Source: a virus (taxonomy: Duplodnaviria; Caudoviricetes). Taken from it: 54,326 bases of DNA. The position numbers were made by a program, and so were the translations under genes. Below, piece after piece: positions 17,677 to 27,976 of this stretch. How positions within the stretch are numbered: the first letter of the stretch is position 1; the number at the start of each line of letters is the position of its first letter. The notes below the pieces were generated by a model. It did not search any database, had not been told where the DNA came from, and worked only from the letters and a program-made list of their open reading frames with translations. The stretch lies in the IMG/VR virus record IMGVR_UViG_3300037423_000907, positions 1-54,326 of that record. One strand, 5' to 3'.

Positions 17677-17871
17677 CTAGGTTTTCGGCTCCGCGCCGGG
17701 TTGGGATGGTCGGCCGCTGATGTAGCCGAAGGCGCCAGCAAGAGGCGTCAGCAGCATCAGCATCAGATCCTTGTTGGCCGATGGAACGGTGACGAAGAAC
17801 AGGGCGCCGAGAGCAAGCGCATAGATTGCGGCGATGACTACCAGGGCGATGAACTTCTCTTGGCGACTCAT
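17677..17871 (-). CDS. Two-TM holin- or antiholin-like protein
   Basis: Two hydrophobic segments; lysis context. Confidence 0.55.
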   Translation of the reverse strand: MSRQEKFIALVVIAAIYALALGALFFVTVPSANKDLMLMLLTPLAGAFGYISGRPSQPGAEPKT

Positions 17872-18077
17872 TTGATGCCCCTCAACTCACGACGCCACTT
17901 CCACACTAGGTAGGCCGCCTGCAGAGCGATGAATGCGATGGATGTCAGGCCCACCCATGCGCTGATCGGGATGTCGGCAACCCAAGCCCAAAGCAAGGAG
18001 ACGGACGGTGCCGCTTGCGCCGCCGCACTTGCAACCGCCTTTGCCTGATCGGCGGCATCGTGGATTTGATGGGTCAT
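17868..18077 (-). CDS. Putative holin
   Basis: 69 aa; TM segments and a basic C-terminus (WKWRRE); follows the tailspike as in T7-like layouts. Confidence 0.65.
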   Translation of the reverse strand: MTHQIHDAADQAKAVASAAAQAAPSVSLLWAWVADIPISAWVGLTSIAFIALQAAYLVWKWRRELRGIK

Positions 18078-20461
18078 GCTGATACCACCCCGTCACCCTT
18101 CCAGGTGCCTGGCGAGCCGGCCACGGTGCAGCGCGAACTGCCGTAGTGCGCGCCGTCTGCGGTTGGATCGATGATGTCGATGATGTCGCCCACAACGCTT
18201 GCCATGCCGGCCGGCGGCGTGATGTCGCCTGTGAGCGTCGCTTTCAGGGCCCTGAAGCGGCGAGGCCGATTCGTCCCGCTTGGATGCATCCCCTTGACGT
18301 ACGGGATGATGTTCACACCTCCGTAGGAGGTGCCAGTCCCGTTGTCGTTGTCGGCAAAGATGTCGAGCACCGCATAGTCCGTGGAACTGCCGATGCTGTA
18401 GTGCACGCCACCGCCGGCCACACCGTAGCTGTAGTTGTCCTGGATGTCCGCCGCGACCGTCGCCGAATCGGCCTTGACGCCATTCGTTTGGGTTTCGCCT
18501 GAACTGCGCCCGAGCTTGCAACTGCGAACGACCGGGCGGGTGCATGTCCCGAGGCGCACGCCTGCGTAGGTTGCGCCGTTGCCATAGGCCTCAACCTCAA
18601 CGGCCCTGCAGTTCTTCGGCGGCACCGTGGGATGGTCGATCTTGACGCCATCCTTGACGTTTCCGTAGTACCGGCCGCGCCAGAGTTCCACGTCCTCGGC
18701 GCCGGTTTCGATCAAGGCCCCGTACTCGTGGCCCGTGGATTCGCATGCCATCAGCACGCCGCCGATCTGATTCTGCATGCGGAACCCAGCCATGGCTGAC
18801 CCGGTGCCGCTTCCTTTGGTTCGGCATTGCTCGAGCACGATGTCGATCTCTTGGATCGGCGCCAGCAGATTGACGTAGCCGACGTTCGTGATGGCGGCAG
18901 CCACGTTGTCGGCGTAGCAGTCCGAGAAGAAGCCCCAGCCGTTGTTGGCTGCCAGCACGTTCATCCGGCTGACACGGATGCCCTTGTGGCGATACGGCTT
19001 GACGGCAGTCGGCGCGAACTCGAAGCCCGCATCTCCCGCGGTGTGCAGGAAGCCTGCGTAGGTCGTGCTCGCTGCCTCAATGTCTGCAACCCGGATGTCG
19101 TACACGCCGGAAAGGCGGATGGCATGGGAAGCCGAATAGGTGAACGCACCGATCTTGTTCTGGGCAATCGTCGCGTTGTGCGGGTGCGTGGTGTACATCG
19201 TCCCCGCGAGAAACGCCACCTTGCCGGCCACAATGCCGGCGTCGGTGCTGGTGTCCAGCGTGCCGACATAGCCCCAGTCCAGCCCGATGGCGATCGATGC
19301 GTAGGCGTTGTCCGGGAAGTAGTTGCCGGTGATGCGGAAGGCGTTGGCGCCGCCGTTGACCTGGATGACAGCCTTGCCGCTTCCATTGCCCCAGAGGTCG
19401 CAGTCTTCGATGGACCAGCGGCTGACACCTTCGTCCGCGCTAGGCGAGGCCACCGTGCCGCCGCTGCTGTACAACGGCCCCACCGTGACGCAGGCATGGA
19501 TGCCGGCCTGGCTGCCTGGAGTTCCGCTGCTGTAGGCGCGCACCTTGACGCGCACCATGTGTGAGTTGGTGCGGAGCTTGATGCCCTCGCTGGCCGCACC
19601 ACTCAGGTCAAGGATGATGGTGATGTCGCGCAGAACGACGCCAGGCTTGATGATTGGCGCCGTCGTGCAGCGGTACTTCTTGCCCTTGACGCCGCAGACA
19701 TAGCCGCCGCCAGCGGCCGACACGGAGTCGATGGCGGCCTGGATTGCAGCGCCGTCGCTGGTGCCAGGCGTCGTGATGGACGTGAATTCGTTTTCGACAC
19801 AGTCGCCAACTGCCGCCCACGGGAAGTCGCCGACGCAAACACCGTCAACGTACTGGCGCCAGCCAAGCGTGCCTTGAACGTAGTTCAGCGTGGCATCGGG
19901 GACGACCATTCCGGCGTTCAAGCCCGGCAGCGTGCGATCTGCAAGTTGCAGAATCACATCCGCCGCAGAGCCGCTTACTGGCGCAGAGAGCAAGAGCTCA
20001 CCGCTGGAGCCGAACAGAAGTTGCGTATTGGCACGCTGCGAGGCAGCAGGCAACGTCGCACCGCTCGTGTCAGATGCAGCGAAGACGAGAGCCCGAGAGA
20101 GAACCTCCGCCTGCTGCTGAACGATCATCGTCAGCTTGTCGAGCGCAGCCTCGTGCGACTGAGCTGGGAACTTCCCGGTTTCCGGATAGGCGGTTTCTTG
20201 GGTAAGGGGTACGTCGCGAAGAACCGTGATGTAGCCGCCCGACGGATATGCGACGGTCGTCGTCGCAGTGCCGCCGTCCGGATCTCCTGCACCAGTCAGG
20301 GCGTAGTCAACATCGAGCGTGAGCGTGGATTCAAGGCCGTCAGCGTCAGTATGCAAAACACTAACGTGACCATTCTCCAGGAAATAAAACGGTACCGTCC
20401 AAGGCCCGGTTGTCCCGTTGGTATCGTATCGAGCTCTGTATGTCGTGGTCTCGACAGTCAC
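18074..20461 (-). CDS. Tailspike with a T7-type N-terminal anchor and a parallel beta-helix (putative depolymerase)
   Basis: N-terminal NG.T..W...F...R.VP..Q...HE.ALDKLTMI.QQ; D.AAIQAAID...GG.V beta-helix cap. Confidence 0.85.
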   Translation of the reverse strand: MTVETTTYRARYDTNGTTGPWTVPFYFLENGHVSVLHTDADGLESTLTLDVDYALTGAGDPDGGTATTTVAYPSGGYITVLRDVPLTQETAYPETGKFPAQSHEAALDKLTMIVQQQAEVLSRALVFAASDTSGATLPAASQRANTQLLFGSSGELLLSAPVSGSAADVILQLADRTLPGLNAGMVVPDATLNYVQGTLGWRQYVDGVCVGDFPWAAVGDCVENEFTSITTPGTSDGAAIQAAIDSVSAAGGGYVCGVKGKKYRCTTAPIIKPGVVLRDITIILDLSGAASEGIKLRTNSHMVRVKVRAYSSGTPGSQAGIHACVTVGPLYSSGGTVASPSADEGVSRWSIEDCDLWGNGSGKAVIQVNGGANAFRITGNYFPDNAYASIAIGLDWGYVGTLDTSTDAGIVAGKVAFLAGTMYTTHPHNATIAQNKIGAFTYSASHAIRLSGVYDIRVADIEAASTTYAGFLHTAGDAGFEFAPTAVKPYRHKGIRVSRMNVLAANNGWGFFSDCYADNVAAAITNVGYVNLLAPIQEIDIVLEQCRTKGSGTGSAMAGFRMQNQIGGVLMACESTGHEYGALIETGAEDVELWRGRYYGNVKDGVKIDHPTVPPKNCRAVEVEAYGNGATYAGVRLGTCTRPVVRSCKLGRSSGETQTNGVKADSATVAADIQDNYSYGVAGGGVHYSIGSSTDYAVLDIFADNDNGTGTSYGGVNIIPYVKGMHPSGTNRPRRFRALKATLTGDITPPAGMASVVGDIIDIIDPTADGAHYGSSRCTVAGSPGTWKGDGVVSA

Positions 20462-20490
20462 GGTGCGCGGCCCCTTTTAATGACCGCGGC

Positions 20491-20521
20491 ATCGTCACCG
20501 CCTGGAGCCGCAAGGGTTTGT
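20491..20521 (-). promoter_or_regulatory. Late promoter motif upstream of the tailspike gene
   Basis: ACAAACCCTTG-N14-GACGAT. Confidence 0.75.
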
Positions 20522-20528
20522 CTTGGAC

Positions 20529-23039
20529 TTACCGCCCCATAGCGACCCCGAGATCAGGCGCCCTGGAAGGAATTTGGTCGCGTGGTGCCCACCACCATTG
20601 TTGCCCCCAGTCCTTTGCTGCCCGCTGCTGCATCTTGCTGAGGTAGCCGGGGGATAGGCTCTCGTTCACCGAGTTCATGAATGCGTGATCGATCAACGGC
20701 TTGACCTGCCAAAGCGAGTTGCCAGGGGTATTGGACCTCACCCAATTCACGAGCTCGGCCTCCCAGTGCGTGTCTTTGCCCTCGGCTGCCTGCCAGATGT
20801 TCTCGGTGATGTTCTTCAGCACGAGGTCGGCGGCGCTGCCAACCGTCGGCCCGGCCAGGTTTTTGATGGCGGTCGTTGCGGAGTCGGTGGCGCTGCCGGC
20901 TGGGTCGATCAGGAAGAGGTCGCCAGCGATGCCGAAACCACCGCCCTGCGCCAGCGCCTTGGCCCAGAAGCGGCCCTTGTGCATGTCGATGGGATCTTTG
21001 CCGGCGAGGATCTGCTTCTCCTGCGTGGCCACCGCACCAAGCCCCAGCAGAGTGGTCATCAGGACTGCGCCGTAAATCACACGGTTGGCGAGCATCGGCG
21101 AGCCGTCGGCGCCATGGTCGCCCTCCAGCATGCGCGACCAGTGTCTGGTGAACATGGCGATGGGAAAGCTCTTGAACTGCATCACCGTGCGCATGAGCTC
21201 GCCGCCCGGCGTGCCAGCCTGCAGCCCACCACCGGTGACGATGGCGCGCGTTGCAATGTCAGGGTTCACCACCGCGAACTCGCTCTCGTCGTGGATGAAG
21301 CCGAAGACCTTGGCCGCGATCTCGTTGGCGCGTTCGTGGCCGCTGGCCTTGATGGTCTGCGGCGTCAGCAGCTCGCGGCCCTTGTACTGTTCTGGCTGGA
21401 TGCTGTTGAGCGCCTGCCAGTCGGCTTCGTCGATGCCATTGCGCGCCAGGCGAGAGCGCTCGAACTCGGTGAGCGCGCCCCACTCCTTGCGAGACATCCT
21501 GGCCAGCCCCGCATTCATCGACATCGTGAAGCCCTGTCGCAGCCCGTCCGTCCATGCGTTGAGCAGCGACCAGCGCATCACGGAGTTCGCGAGCTTGCCG
21601 CTCCAGTTTGATCCCAGGTGGTCGCCGCTCCAGCGGTTCAGGCTGTCGGCCACGCTCTCGGCGATCATGCCGTGCGTCGCCATCCACTCGCGCGTGTCCT
21701 TCGAGGCCTGGCCGCCGATGTCCTTGATGAGTTGCCAGTACGGCAGCCGGTTGTAGCCAGCGGTGAGCGCGAGCGTTCCGAGGTCGGTCACGCTGGAGAT
21801 GACTGCGCCGCCCAGCTTCGCCGCCGTCTGCAGATTGCGAACCATCTGCATGGTCTGGGCGAGCGGCTGATCCTTCGGCGCCCCGGTCTTGCCGCTGATG
21901 ATGTCCCAGTAGGTCTCCGGGTTGATGCTGAAGGTGGCCTTAGCCTTCTCGCCCAGGGTCACGGCGGGAGCCGGGCGCGCCAGGTCCATCTGCAGCCGCG
22001 CGTTCGCCGCGGCGTCCGGGCCGTAGCGCTCAACGAGCACGGTGTCGCGCGTGAGGCCCGAGATGTGCCCCATCATGGCGTCGTACAAACTGCCGCGGCC
22101 GAACTGCTGCATGTAGGACAGCCAGGCGTCGCCGTCGGCGAAGTGAATCTGCCGGCTGTCGGCGCCGCGATTGGCGCGCGCACCCGTACCCTTGAAGGCG
22201 CCCGGCTCCTGCTTGTTCAGGCCCTCGGTGCTGAGCGTTTCGTAGGAGGACCGCAGGAACTGCCGCAGTTCGTCGTCGCTCATGCGCGCGCCGTCGTCGC
22301 GCAAGTAGCGGTTGCGGTCTAGCAGCGGCATGGTGGTCTCCACCCACCCATCCGCGCCGGCCTTGCGTACCTTGGTGGTGTCGTGAGGCTGCGGCACGTA
22401 GCCGTAGTCCAGGCGGCCGACATCACCGCCGGCAGCATTGAACCGCACCCGCTTGGCCTCCATGGTGTCCAGCCACGCCCGGGCGGCGGCCTTGGCCACG
22501 TCGTTCTTGGTGTGTCCGTCGGCGTTCTTGTAGATCTCGCGCACGATGTCCGCCGTCATCTGGCGGTTCTCGGCATCGAAGGCGAGCATCAGGAAGCGCC
22601 GGCCCACGCCCTGGCCCTGCTTGTTCCCAGCGGCCTCGATCAGGGACACCAGGTTTCCGAAGGTCATCTTGCGTTCGGCCTTCACCAGGTGGTCGGTGAG
22701 CTCGAAGTCGCGCTTGAGAGCATCGACGCGCGTCCCGTCGTTGGCGGCCTGCAGTTGCCCCACCCGGTTGCTGGTCTCAGCGGTGCGCAGTATCTGGCGC
22801 TGGGCGTTCTCCAGCTTACGCGCGGCTGCTGCCTGGATTTCTCCCATGGCATGCGCGGCGCCCTCGGTCAGTTGCTGGTCGCGGGTTAGCGATTGCCAGC
22901 GTGCCGGGTCCTGACGGGCGAGCTGACGCATCGACGCAGAGATGCGGTCCTCGACCGCCTGAAGTTGCGCCGCGGTGAGGCGCGCCCTGCCGGCGGCCTG
23001 GGCTGCGGCCTGGACGGCCTGCGCACATTTCTCAAGCAT
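20529..23039 (-). CDS. Internal virion (ejection) protein
   Basis: Large helical protein with Y.PQ.H and QFKSFP motifs; podovirus position before the tailspike. Confidence 0.8.
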   Translation of the reverse strand: MLEKCAQAVQAAAQAAGRARLTAAQLQAVEDRISASMRQLARQDPARWQSLTRDQQLTEGAAHAMGEIQAAAARKLENAQRQILRTAETSNRVGQLQAANDGTRVDALKRDFELTDHLVKAERKMTFGNLVSLIEAAGNKQGQGVGRRFLMLAFDAENRQMTADIVREIYKNADGHTKNDVAKAAARAWLDTMEAKRVRFNAAGGDVGRLDYGYVPQPHDTTKVRKAGADGWVETTMPLLDRNRYLRDDGARMSDDELRQFLRSSYETLSTEGLNKQEPGAFKGTGARANRGADSRQIHFADGDAWLSYMQQFGRGSLYDAMMGHISGLTRDTVLVERYGPDAAANARLQMDLARPAPAVTLGEKAKATFSINPETYWDIISGKTGAPKDQPLAQTMQMVRNLQTAAKLGGAVISSVTDLGTLALTAGYNRLPYWQLIKDIGGQASKDTREWMATHGMIAESVADSLNRWSGDHLGSNWSGKLANSVMRWSLLNAWTDGLRQGFTMSMNAGLARMSRKEWGALTEFERSRLARNGIDEADWQALNSIQPEQYKGRELLTPQTIKASGHERANEIAAKVFGFIHDESEFAVVNPDIATRAIVTGGGLQAGTPGGELMRTVMQFKSFPIAMFTRHWSRMLEGDHGADGSPMLANRVIYGAVLMTTLLGLGAVATQEKQILAGKDPIDMHKGRFWAKALAQGGGFGIAGDLFLIDPAGSATDSATTAIKNLAGPTVGSAADLVLKNITENIWQAAEGKDTHWEAELVNWVRSNTPGNSLWQVKPLIDHAFMNSVNESLSPGYLSKMQQRAAKDWGQQWWWAPRDQIPSRAPDLGVAMGR

Positions 23040-23056
23040 GGGAGTATCCTCTCGGC

Positions 23057-23242
23057 GTGCGAATCGCTCTGCTTGTCCTCGTCATCTTCGGCTGCACCCT
23101 GGTGCCGGCCGTTTTTGTCTGGGGCAACTCAGGCAGCTTCAGGACCGCCGTCTCGGTGTGGTGGTCGTTCTCTCGGTACCTGTTGGTGCTGGCCGTGCCC
23201 GGCATCATCACGTCGATCTGGTTCGGCATCTTCGGCCCCTAG
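23057..23242 (+). CDS. Small two-TM membrane protein antisense to the late operon
   Basis: Fills the gap between two ejection genes; two TM segments. Confidence 0.6.
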   Translation: MRIALLVLVIFGCTLVPAVFVWGNSGSFRTAVSVWWSFSRYLLVLAVPGIITSIWFGIFGP

Positions 23243-25476
23243 AAGCCGAACGACAGCGCGCACTCGGCTGCAGCGCGCAGCAGGTCGGCGTCTGACCGCT
23301 CCATGTCAGCCTCTTCCTTGGCCTTGGCCAGTGCCTCCTTCAGGCTCAGCTTCTCGTCGCTGCCCGGCAGCACCACCTGCAGGTCGGGCTTTTCCTGCGC
23401 GAGCGCGGCGGTGCGCTGGGCGTCGAGGCTGGGAGCTTCTCCGGCCGGTGCAGAGCCACCCTCACCTCGCGCGCTCGGCTCGCCGGGAGCGGCTTTGTCA
23501 GGCGCTGCCGCGGCTTCGGCATCAGGGAACGGGCGCGGCGCGAGCGCGGCAGTATCAATCTTCGGCGGTGAAGGCTCGATCTCGATGCTGTGCTGGTCTG
23601 GGATGGCGTTCGCCGAGTCAACGATGCGTTCGACTGGCGCGCGAGGGGCGGGCCTGTTCACTTGCGTGATCTCGTTGCCGAAGTGGACAGTCTTGCCGCC
23701 GTCCCACAGTTCGACCGGCGTCATGCCAACAGACGGCTCGCGCTGAGGGGTCACCACCGTGCGAGCCTCGAACTTGCCGGCGTCCGGACCATCGGTGTAG
23801 CGCATGCCGATGCGGCCATCAGGCATCTCGGCGATCTGCGCCGGTGCGCGGCCCTTGGTCTGGATCTCGGCGAGCGCCTGCGCCTGTTCTGGCGTCAGGT
23901 AGTAGGTTGCCCGGGACGTTGGTTGCGGGCCAGCATCGCCTTCGTGCCCGACATCCGAACGCGCCGCCTTGTTCCTGGTCGTCACGCCGCCCTCGCCCAC
24001 TTCGTAAGTAGAGCCGCGAGCCGTGGTGAAGGTGATCGGCTCCGGCGGCGCAGCAAGGTGAGGAACACGGCCGGCGGCCAGTTCGTCGGCTGCGGCAAGC
24101 ACTTCTGAGCGTGCCTCTGGGTGCGCCGGCATGGACTGCATCAGCGCCTGATCCAGCACCTGCACCCGCGCCGCCGCCACCACATCCGGATCGGACGCGC
24201 CGCGCTGCGCCGTGTGCTCCTGCGCGTACTTCTTGACGCGCTCCAGGTAGGCGGCCGTCTCTGGGAAGGTCGGCTTGCCGCCGCCGCGCACGATGGCCGC
24301 CTGGGCGCCGCCGCCGTTGTAGTGCGCCACCGCGGCATCCCAGGAGCCGTAGGCGTCGTAGAGCTGGCGCAGGTACCGCGCCGCGCCGTCGATGCTTTGC
24401 GCCGGGTCCGTGCGGTCGGTGATGCCCAGTTCCTTGGCCGTGCCAGGCATGAACTGCATGACGCCTTGCGCGCCCTTCGGACTGGTGTCACCGCTGCCGG
24501 ATTTCTCACCGGCGTTCTTGATGCCCAGCAGGATGGCCGCCGGCACGCCTTCGCGCTCGGCCGCCTGGGCGGCGTAGGCGTCGAGCTGCGGGGCGTTGTA
24601 CTTGAGCGAGCGCCGCTCCGTCTGGCTCATCTGGTCGAGCGGCACGCCGCCCGCCTCGATGGCCGCGCCGCGCTTTTGAAGGCTGCGGATGTGCAGGCCG
24701 CCGAGGGCGCCGGGGACCGCGACGGACAAGGCCAGGCCTAACGGATCCAGCGGGTCGTGCTGGGCAGCGAGCTCCGGGTACTTGGCCTTCTGCAGGATGT
24801 CCTTGGTGAGCTGCTCCTGCAGGATGTATGCGCCCGGGCCGGTGCCGGCAGCGAGGCCGATTGTGCTTCTGACAGTGCTGCCCACGCCCGGGATTCCAGC
24901 GGTGACGCCGGAAACGACGCCGGTGACAGCGCCCACCTTCGCCGCCGTCTTGTCATCCACGCCCTGCGTGCGCAGTCGTTGGGTGGTCGTGTTGCCCTCG
25001 TCCAGACCGAAGGCGACCGGCCCGGCCACTGGCCCCAGCAGCATGGTCTCGCCGACGGCCTTGGACACGCCGCGGACCAGGCCGTGCACTACCCGATCGG
25101 CGGTGTGAGAGGTGGCCGGGTCGGGCGCGAACTCGTCTGCCTTGCGGCGCAGCTCGTTGCCAAGCCGCGTGTCCATGGCCTGGCCTTTGATCACCCGTTG
25201 CCGCGCCTGCTCGGCCTGCTGCTTCTCCGCGTCGCTCTCAGTTGAGAACATGCCGCCCGCGCTGCCGCCGGTCGAGGCGAGCGTGGCGCCGAAGCCGGAC
25301 AGCGCATCCAGCAGGCTGCCGTGCGCCTCCAGCCCACCGGTCACGGGGGCTTTGCCGCCGGCAGCCAGGAAGCTCCAGGTCGAGAACGATTCTGGCGGCG
25401 GTGCAGCGCCGGGGTTGCGCAGGTCGCGCTGGAACGCCTGCTCCAGCCGGTCGGAATAGGCATCGAGCAGGCCCAT
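23239..25476 (-). CDS. Internal virion protein with a lytic transglycosylase (SLT) domain
   Basis: E-x-S...SPKGAQGVMQFMPGT...AVAHYNGG...ET..Y motifs. Confidence 0.85.
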   Translation of the reverse strand: MGLLDAYSDRLEQAFQRDLRNPGAAPPPESFSTWSFLAAGGKAPVTGGLEAHGSLLDALSGFGATLASTGGSAGGMFSTESDAEKQQAEQARQRVIKGQAMDTRLGNELRRKADEFAPDPATSHTADRVVHGLVRGVSKAVGETMLLGPVAGPVAFGLDEGNTTTQRLRTQGVDDKTAAKVGAVTGVVSGVTAGIPGVGSTVRSTIGLAAGTGPGAYILQEQLTKDILQKAKYPELAAQHDPLDPLGLALSVAVPGALGGLHIRSLQKRGAAIEAGGVPLDQMSQTERRSLKYNAPQLDAYAAQAAEREGVPAAILLGIKNAGEKSGSGDTSPKGAQGVMQFMPGTAKELGITDRTDPAQSIDGAARYLRQLYDAYGSWDAAVAHYNGGGAQAAIVRGGGKPTFPETAAYLERVKKYAQEHTAQRGASDPDVVAAARVQVLDQALMQSMPAHPEARSEVLAAADELAAGRVPHLAAPPEPITFTTARGSTYEVGEGGVTTRNKAARSDVGHEGDAGPQPTSRATYYLTPEQAQALAEIQTKGRAPAQIAEMPDGRIGMRYTDGPDAGKFEARTVVTPQREPSVGMTPVELWDGGKTVHFGNEITQVNRPAPRAPVERIVDSANAIPDQHSIEIEPSPPKIDTAALAPRPFPDAEAAAAPDKAAPGEPSARGEGGSAPAGEAPSLDAQRTAALAQEKPDLQVVLPGSDEKLSLKEALAKAKEEADMERSDADLLRAAAECALSFGF

Positions 25477-27458
25477 CAGCGAATCTCCAGCAGCAGCGGG
25501 ACCTGACCGTCCTTGTCGAGGGTGATCATGGCGCCGCCGGACACCGGCGCGTACTGCCCGGCGCCGTTGCGGCGCATGCCCATCGTGGTGAGCGCGGAAA
25601 ACAACTGCTCCAAGCTGCGCTTCTGCCCGCGGACGTAGACCTCTCCGGTTGGCGCGAGTTCGCGCAGCCTCTCCGGCGTGAAGGCCCGCAGCTTGTCGTT
25701 GAACTGGTCTTCCTCCATGCCGCGCGGGAGGATGGTCTTGGCGCCGCCTCTATCGAGCGGAAGGCCGACAGCCAGCTTCACCGCGGCCCTGTTGCTGGTG
25801 GCCCCCTGGTAGCCCGGCTCATCCATGCCAGCGCGCATGTAGTACGCCGCGTCGATGGCGTCTTGTTCGGCCTGGGCATCGCCCAGCGTGCCGCGCACCA
25901 TCGAGGAAATTTCCGAACGCCAGCCACTGAGCGCCATGTCGTCGCGCTTCACGGTCTTGTCGTGCAGCGCCTGAGCGCCGCGCAGCATGGTCTCGGCGTT
26001 CGCACGGTCCAGTGTCGTTCGGCCGTAGCCCAGCTTCAGCGCCAGGGCAAGCGGTCGGTCGTGCTTGTCGAGTTGGGCGGCCAGCGCTTCGGCACGAGCG
26101 GCGCTGAGGCCTTCTCCGATAGCGCCCAGCAAGTCGGCGCGGCGCTCCACCGGTAAGGCCTTCAATTGCTGCGTGAGTTGCAGGGCCTGCTGCGGCTGCA
26201 GCGGTGAGATCGGATGGCCGGCGGCGGCCTCCACGCCATCCATGAGCGGCAACACCTGCTTGATGTAGGCCGGCACGGCTTCTGGCGCCGGCAGCGGTGT
26301 GTCGTTCACCGCCGGCAGCCGGGCGAAGCGCGAGCTCGCCGCCCACGGGTTTTCCTTGTAGGCAGCCTCCTGCGTCTCCGTCACCTGGCGGGCGTAGGCG
26401 AGTAGCTTCTGCCCCTCGGGGTTCGAGCCCTTGGCGAACTGCGCGTCCATGGCTGCCAGGTTCGCGCGCTGGCGCGGCAACGACATCGCTCCATGTGCCG
26501 CTCCGGCAGTGGCCTGGCCCAGCATCTCTCGTGCGCCCTGCTCGAACACCGTTCCCGTTACCTTGGCGAGCACCTCGTTCTGGTAGTTGAGATCTGGCAC
26601 GCCGCCGGATATCCAGAACTTGCGCAACTCCTCGGTGGCCGTCTGCGCTTCCTTGAATGCCTTGTCCTGCAGCGTGTTGGCGTGTGAGTTGCGCTGGGCG
26701 ATCAAAGCAAGCGCATGGTTCTTCAGCGCAAGAAGCTTGTCCGGTGCGAGATTGGAGATGACGGGGTTTGATCCTGCCGCTTCAGGATCGCTTGCCAGAC
26801 GCACGAACTCATCTGGAGAGGCGGTGATCATGCCTGAGGCAGCATCAAACGCCAGACTGGTTTTTGCTGTCGCCGCTAGGGTGGCTTTCCGCTCAGCCGG
26901 CAGTTGCAGGGAGTTCCCGAGCGCTAGCCTGTTGGCCAACAGGACGTTGAATTGACTCGGGTCAGCAATGACCGTGCGCTGATCGGCAGCCAGCCCGGTG
27001 TTGAAATCCTCTTCCAGCTTCTTGTGCCTGGCGCCTATTTCGAAGTTGAAGGCGTGGTCGTGCATCACTGCGCGGAATTCCGCCAGCCGCATCTCCAACG
27101 CCTTCTTCCCGAGCTCCGGCGCATTGTCAACCGTGGTTTTCTGCCAGCTATCAAACTCCTTGAGTACGTTCTCCGTGAAACCAGGAGCTCCAGCGGTGGA
27201 ACTCTCCTTGGCGGCTTGCAGCTTTTCCGACCACGTCGCATGCGCCTGGCTGAGTGTGTTGGCGACCGTCACCCTGGCTTCGTCTTCCGCCAACTGTTGG
27301 CGTTGCGCCTCCTGGTGCTGCTGAAGACGCTGTAACGTCTCGCTTGCAGACGCACTTGCCCGCATGAGTCCTGACAGATCTACGCCAGGGGCGGGCGCGA
27401 CATGCTGGAACGCTGGCGTTGGCTGATTCTGCGAGAAGTATTCTGGGATCTTCGGCAC
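25476..27458 (-). CDS. Internal virion (ejection) protein
   Basis: MPKIP start; Ala/Gln-rich helical sequence; synteny. Confidence 0.75.
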   Translation of the reverse strand: MPKIPEYFSQNQPTPAFQHVAPAPGVDLSGLMRASASASETLQRLQQHQEAQRQQLAEDEARVTVANTLSQAHATWSEKLQAAKESSTAGAPGFTENVLKEFDSWQKTTVDNAPELGKKALEMRLAEFRAVMHDHAFNFEIGARHKKLEEDFNTGLAADQRTVIADPSQFNVLLANRLALGNSLQLPAERKATLAATAKTSLAFDAASGMITASPDEFVRLASDPEAAGSNPVISNLAPDKLLALKNHALALIAQRNSHANTLQDKAFKEAQTATEELRKFWISGGVPDLNYQNEVLAKVTGTVFEQGAREMLGQATAGAAHGAMSLPRQRANLAAMDAQFAKGSNPEGQKLLAYARQVTETQEAAYKENPWAASSRFARLPAVNDTPLPAPEAVPAYIKQVLPLMDGVEAAAGHPISPLQPQQALQLTQQLKALPVERRADLLGAIGEGLSAARAEALAAQLDKHDRPLALALKLGYGRTTLDRANAETMLRGAQALHDKTVKRDDMALSGWRSEISSMVRGTLGDAQAEQDAIDAAYYMRAGMDEPGYQGATSNRAAVKLAVGLPLDRGGAKTILPRGMEEDQFNDKLRAFTPERLRELAPTGEVYVRGQKRSLEQLFSALTTMGMRRNGAGQYAPVSGGAMITLDKDGQVPLLLEIR

Positions 27459-27466
27459 AGATGCTC

Positions 27467-27976
27467 CTAGCCGTTGTAGTAGGGGCTCGGCTTCGGAGTG
27501 CGGGTTTCAACGGGTGCCGGCCCACCGACGCGCGGCTGACCGAAGTAGTTGGCACCGTTCTTCATCAGGCTCCCGAAGGCGTTCAGGTAGCCCGTCGTTC
27601 GCGCATTCTTTGCCCCGGCCCGTAGTTGCGCCTCCTCGTTCTTGAAGCCGATGGACTGCATGATTCCCTCGTAGCGCTGCGTCAGCGCATCGAGCTCCAT
27701 CTCCTTGCCGCTTTGCACTTGCAGGCCAGCCAGTGAACCACTGGAAGGGTCGAACCCGGACTGAGCTGCAGAGGCGCGAATCTCCCCCAACCTGGCCGCA
27801 TTGACGCGGCGCATGTTCTCTTCACGCGCATTCGAAACCTGCAGCGCCTGTCGGGAGTTCATCGCCGCCACATCAGCGGCGGTGTTCATGCGCGAGCCTT
27901 CGGACTCACCCTGGTAGACGTTCCCGACGAACTCCATCACCGCATTGGCGATCATGAATGCCTGAGCCACGATCAT
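27467..27976 (-). CDS. Small internal virion protein (T7 gp14-like position)
   Basis: G..RA..AQSG.D...GS motif; real start probably ATG 27976. Confidence 0.7.
   Translation of the reverse strand: MIVAQAFMIANAVMEFVGNVYQGESEGSRMNTAADVAAMNSRQALQVSNAREENMRRVNAARLGEIRASAAQSGFDPSSGSLAGLQVQSGKEMELDALTQRYEGIMQSIGFKNEEAQLRAGAKNARTTGYLNAFGSLMKNGANYFGQPRVGGPAPVETRTPKPSPYYNG

Noticed and set aside
18074-20461. Diversity-generating retroelement as in BPP-1
   Set aside because: No reverse transcriptase and no template/variable repeat pair seen in the window
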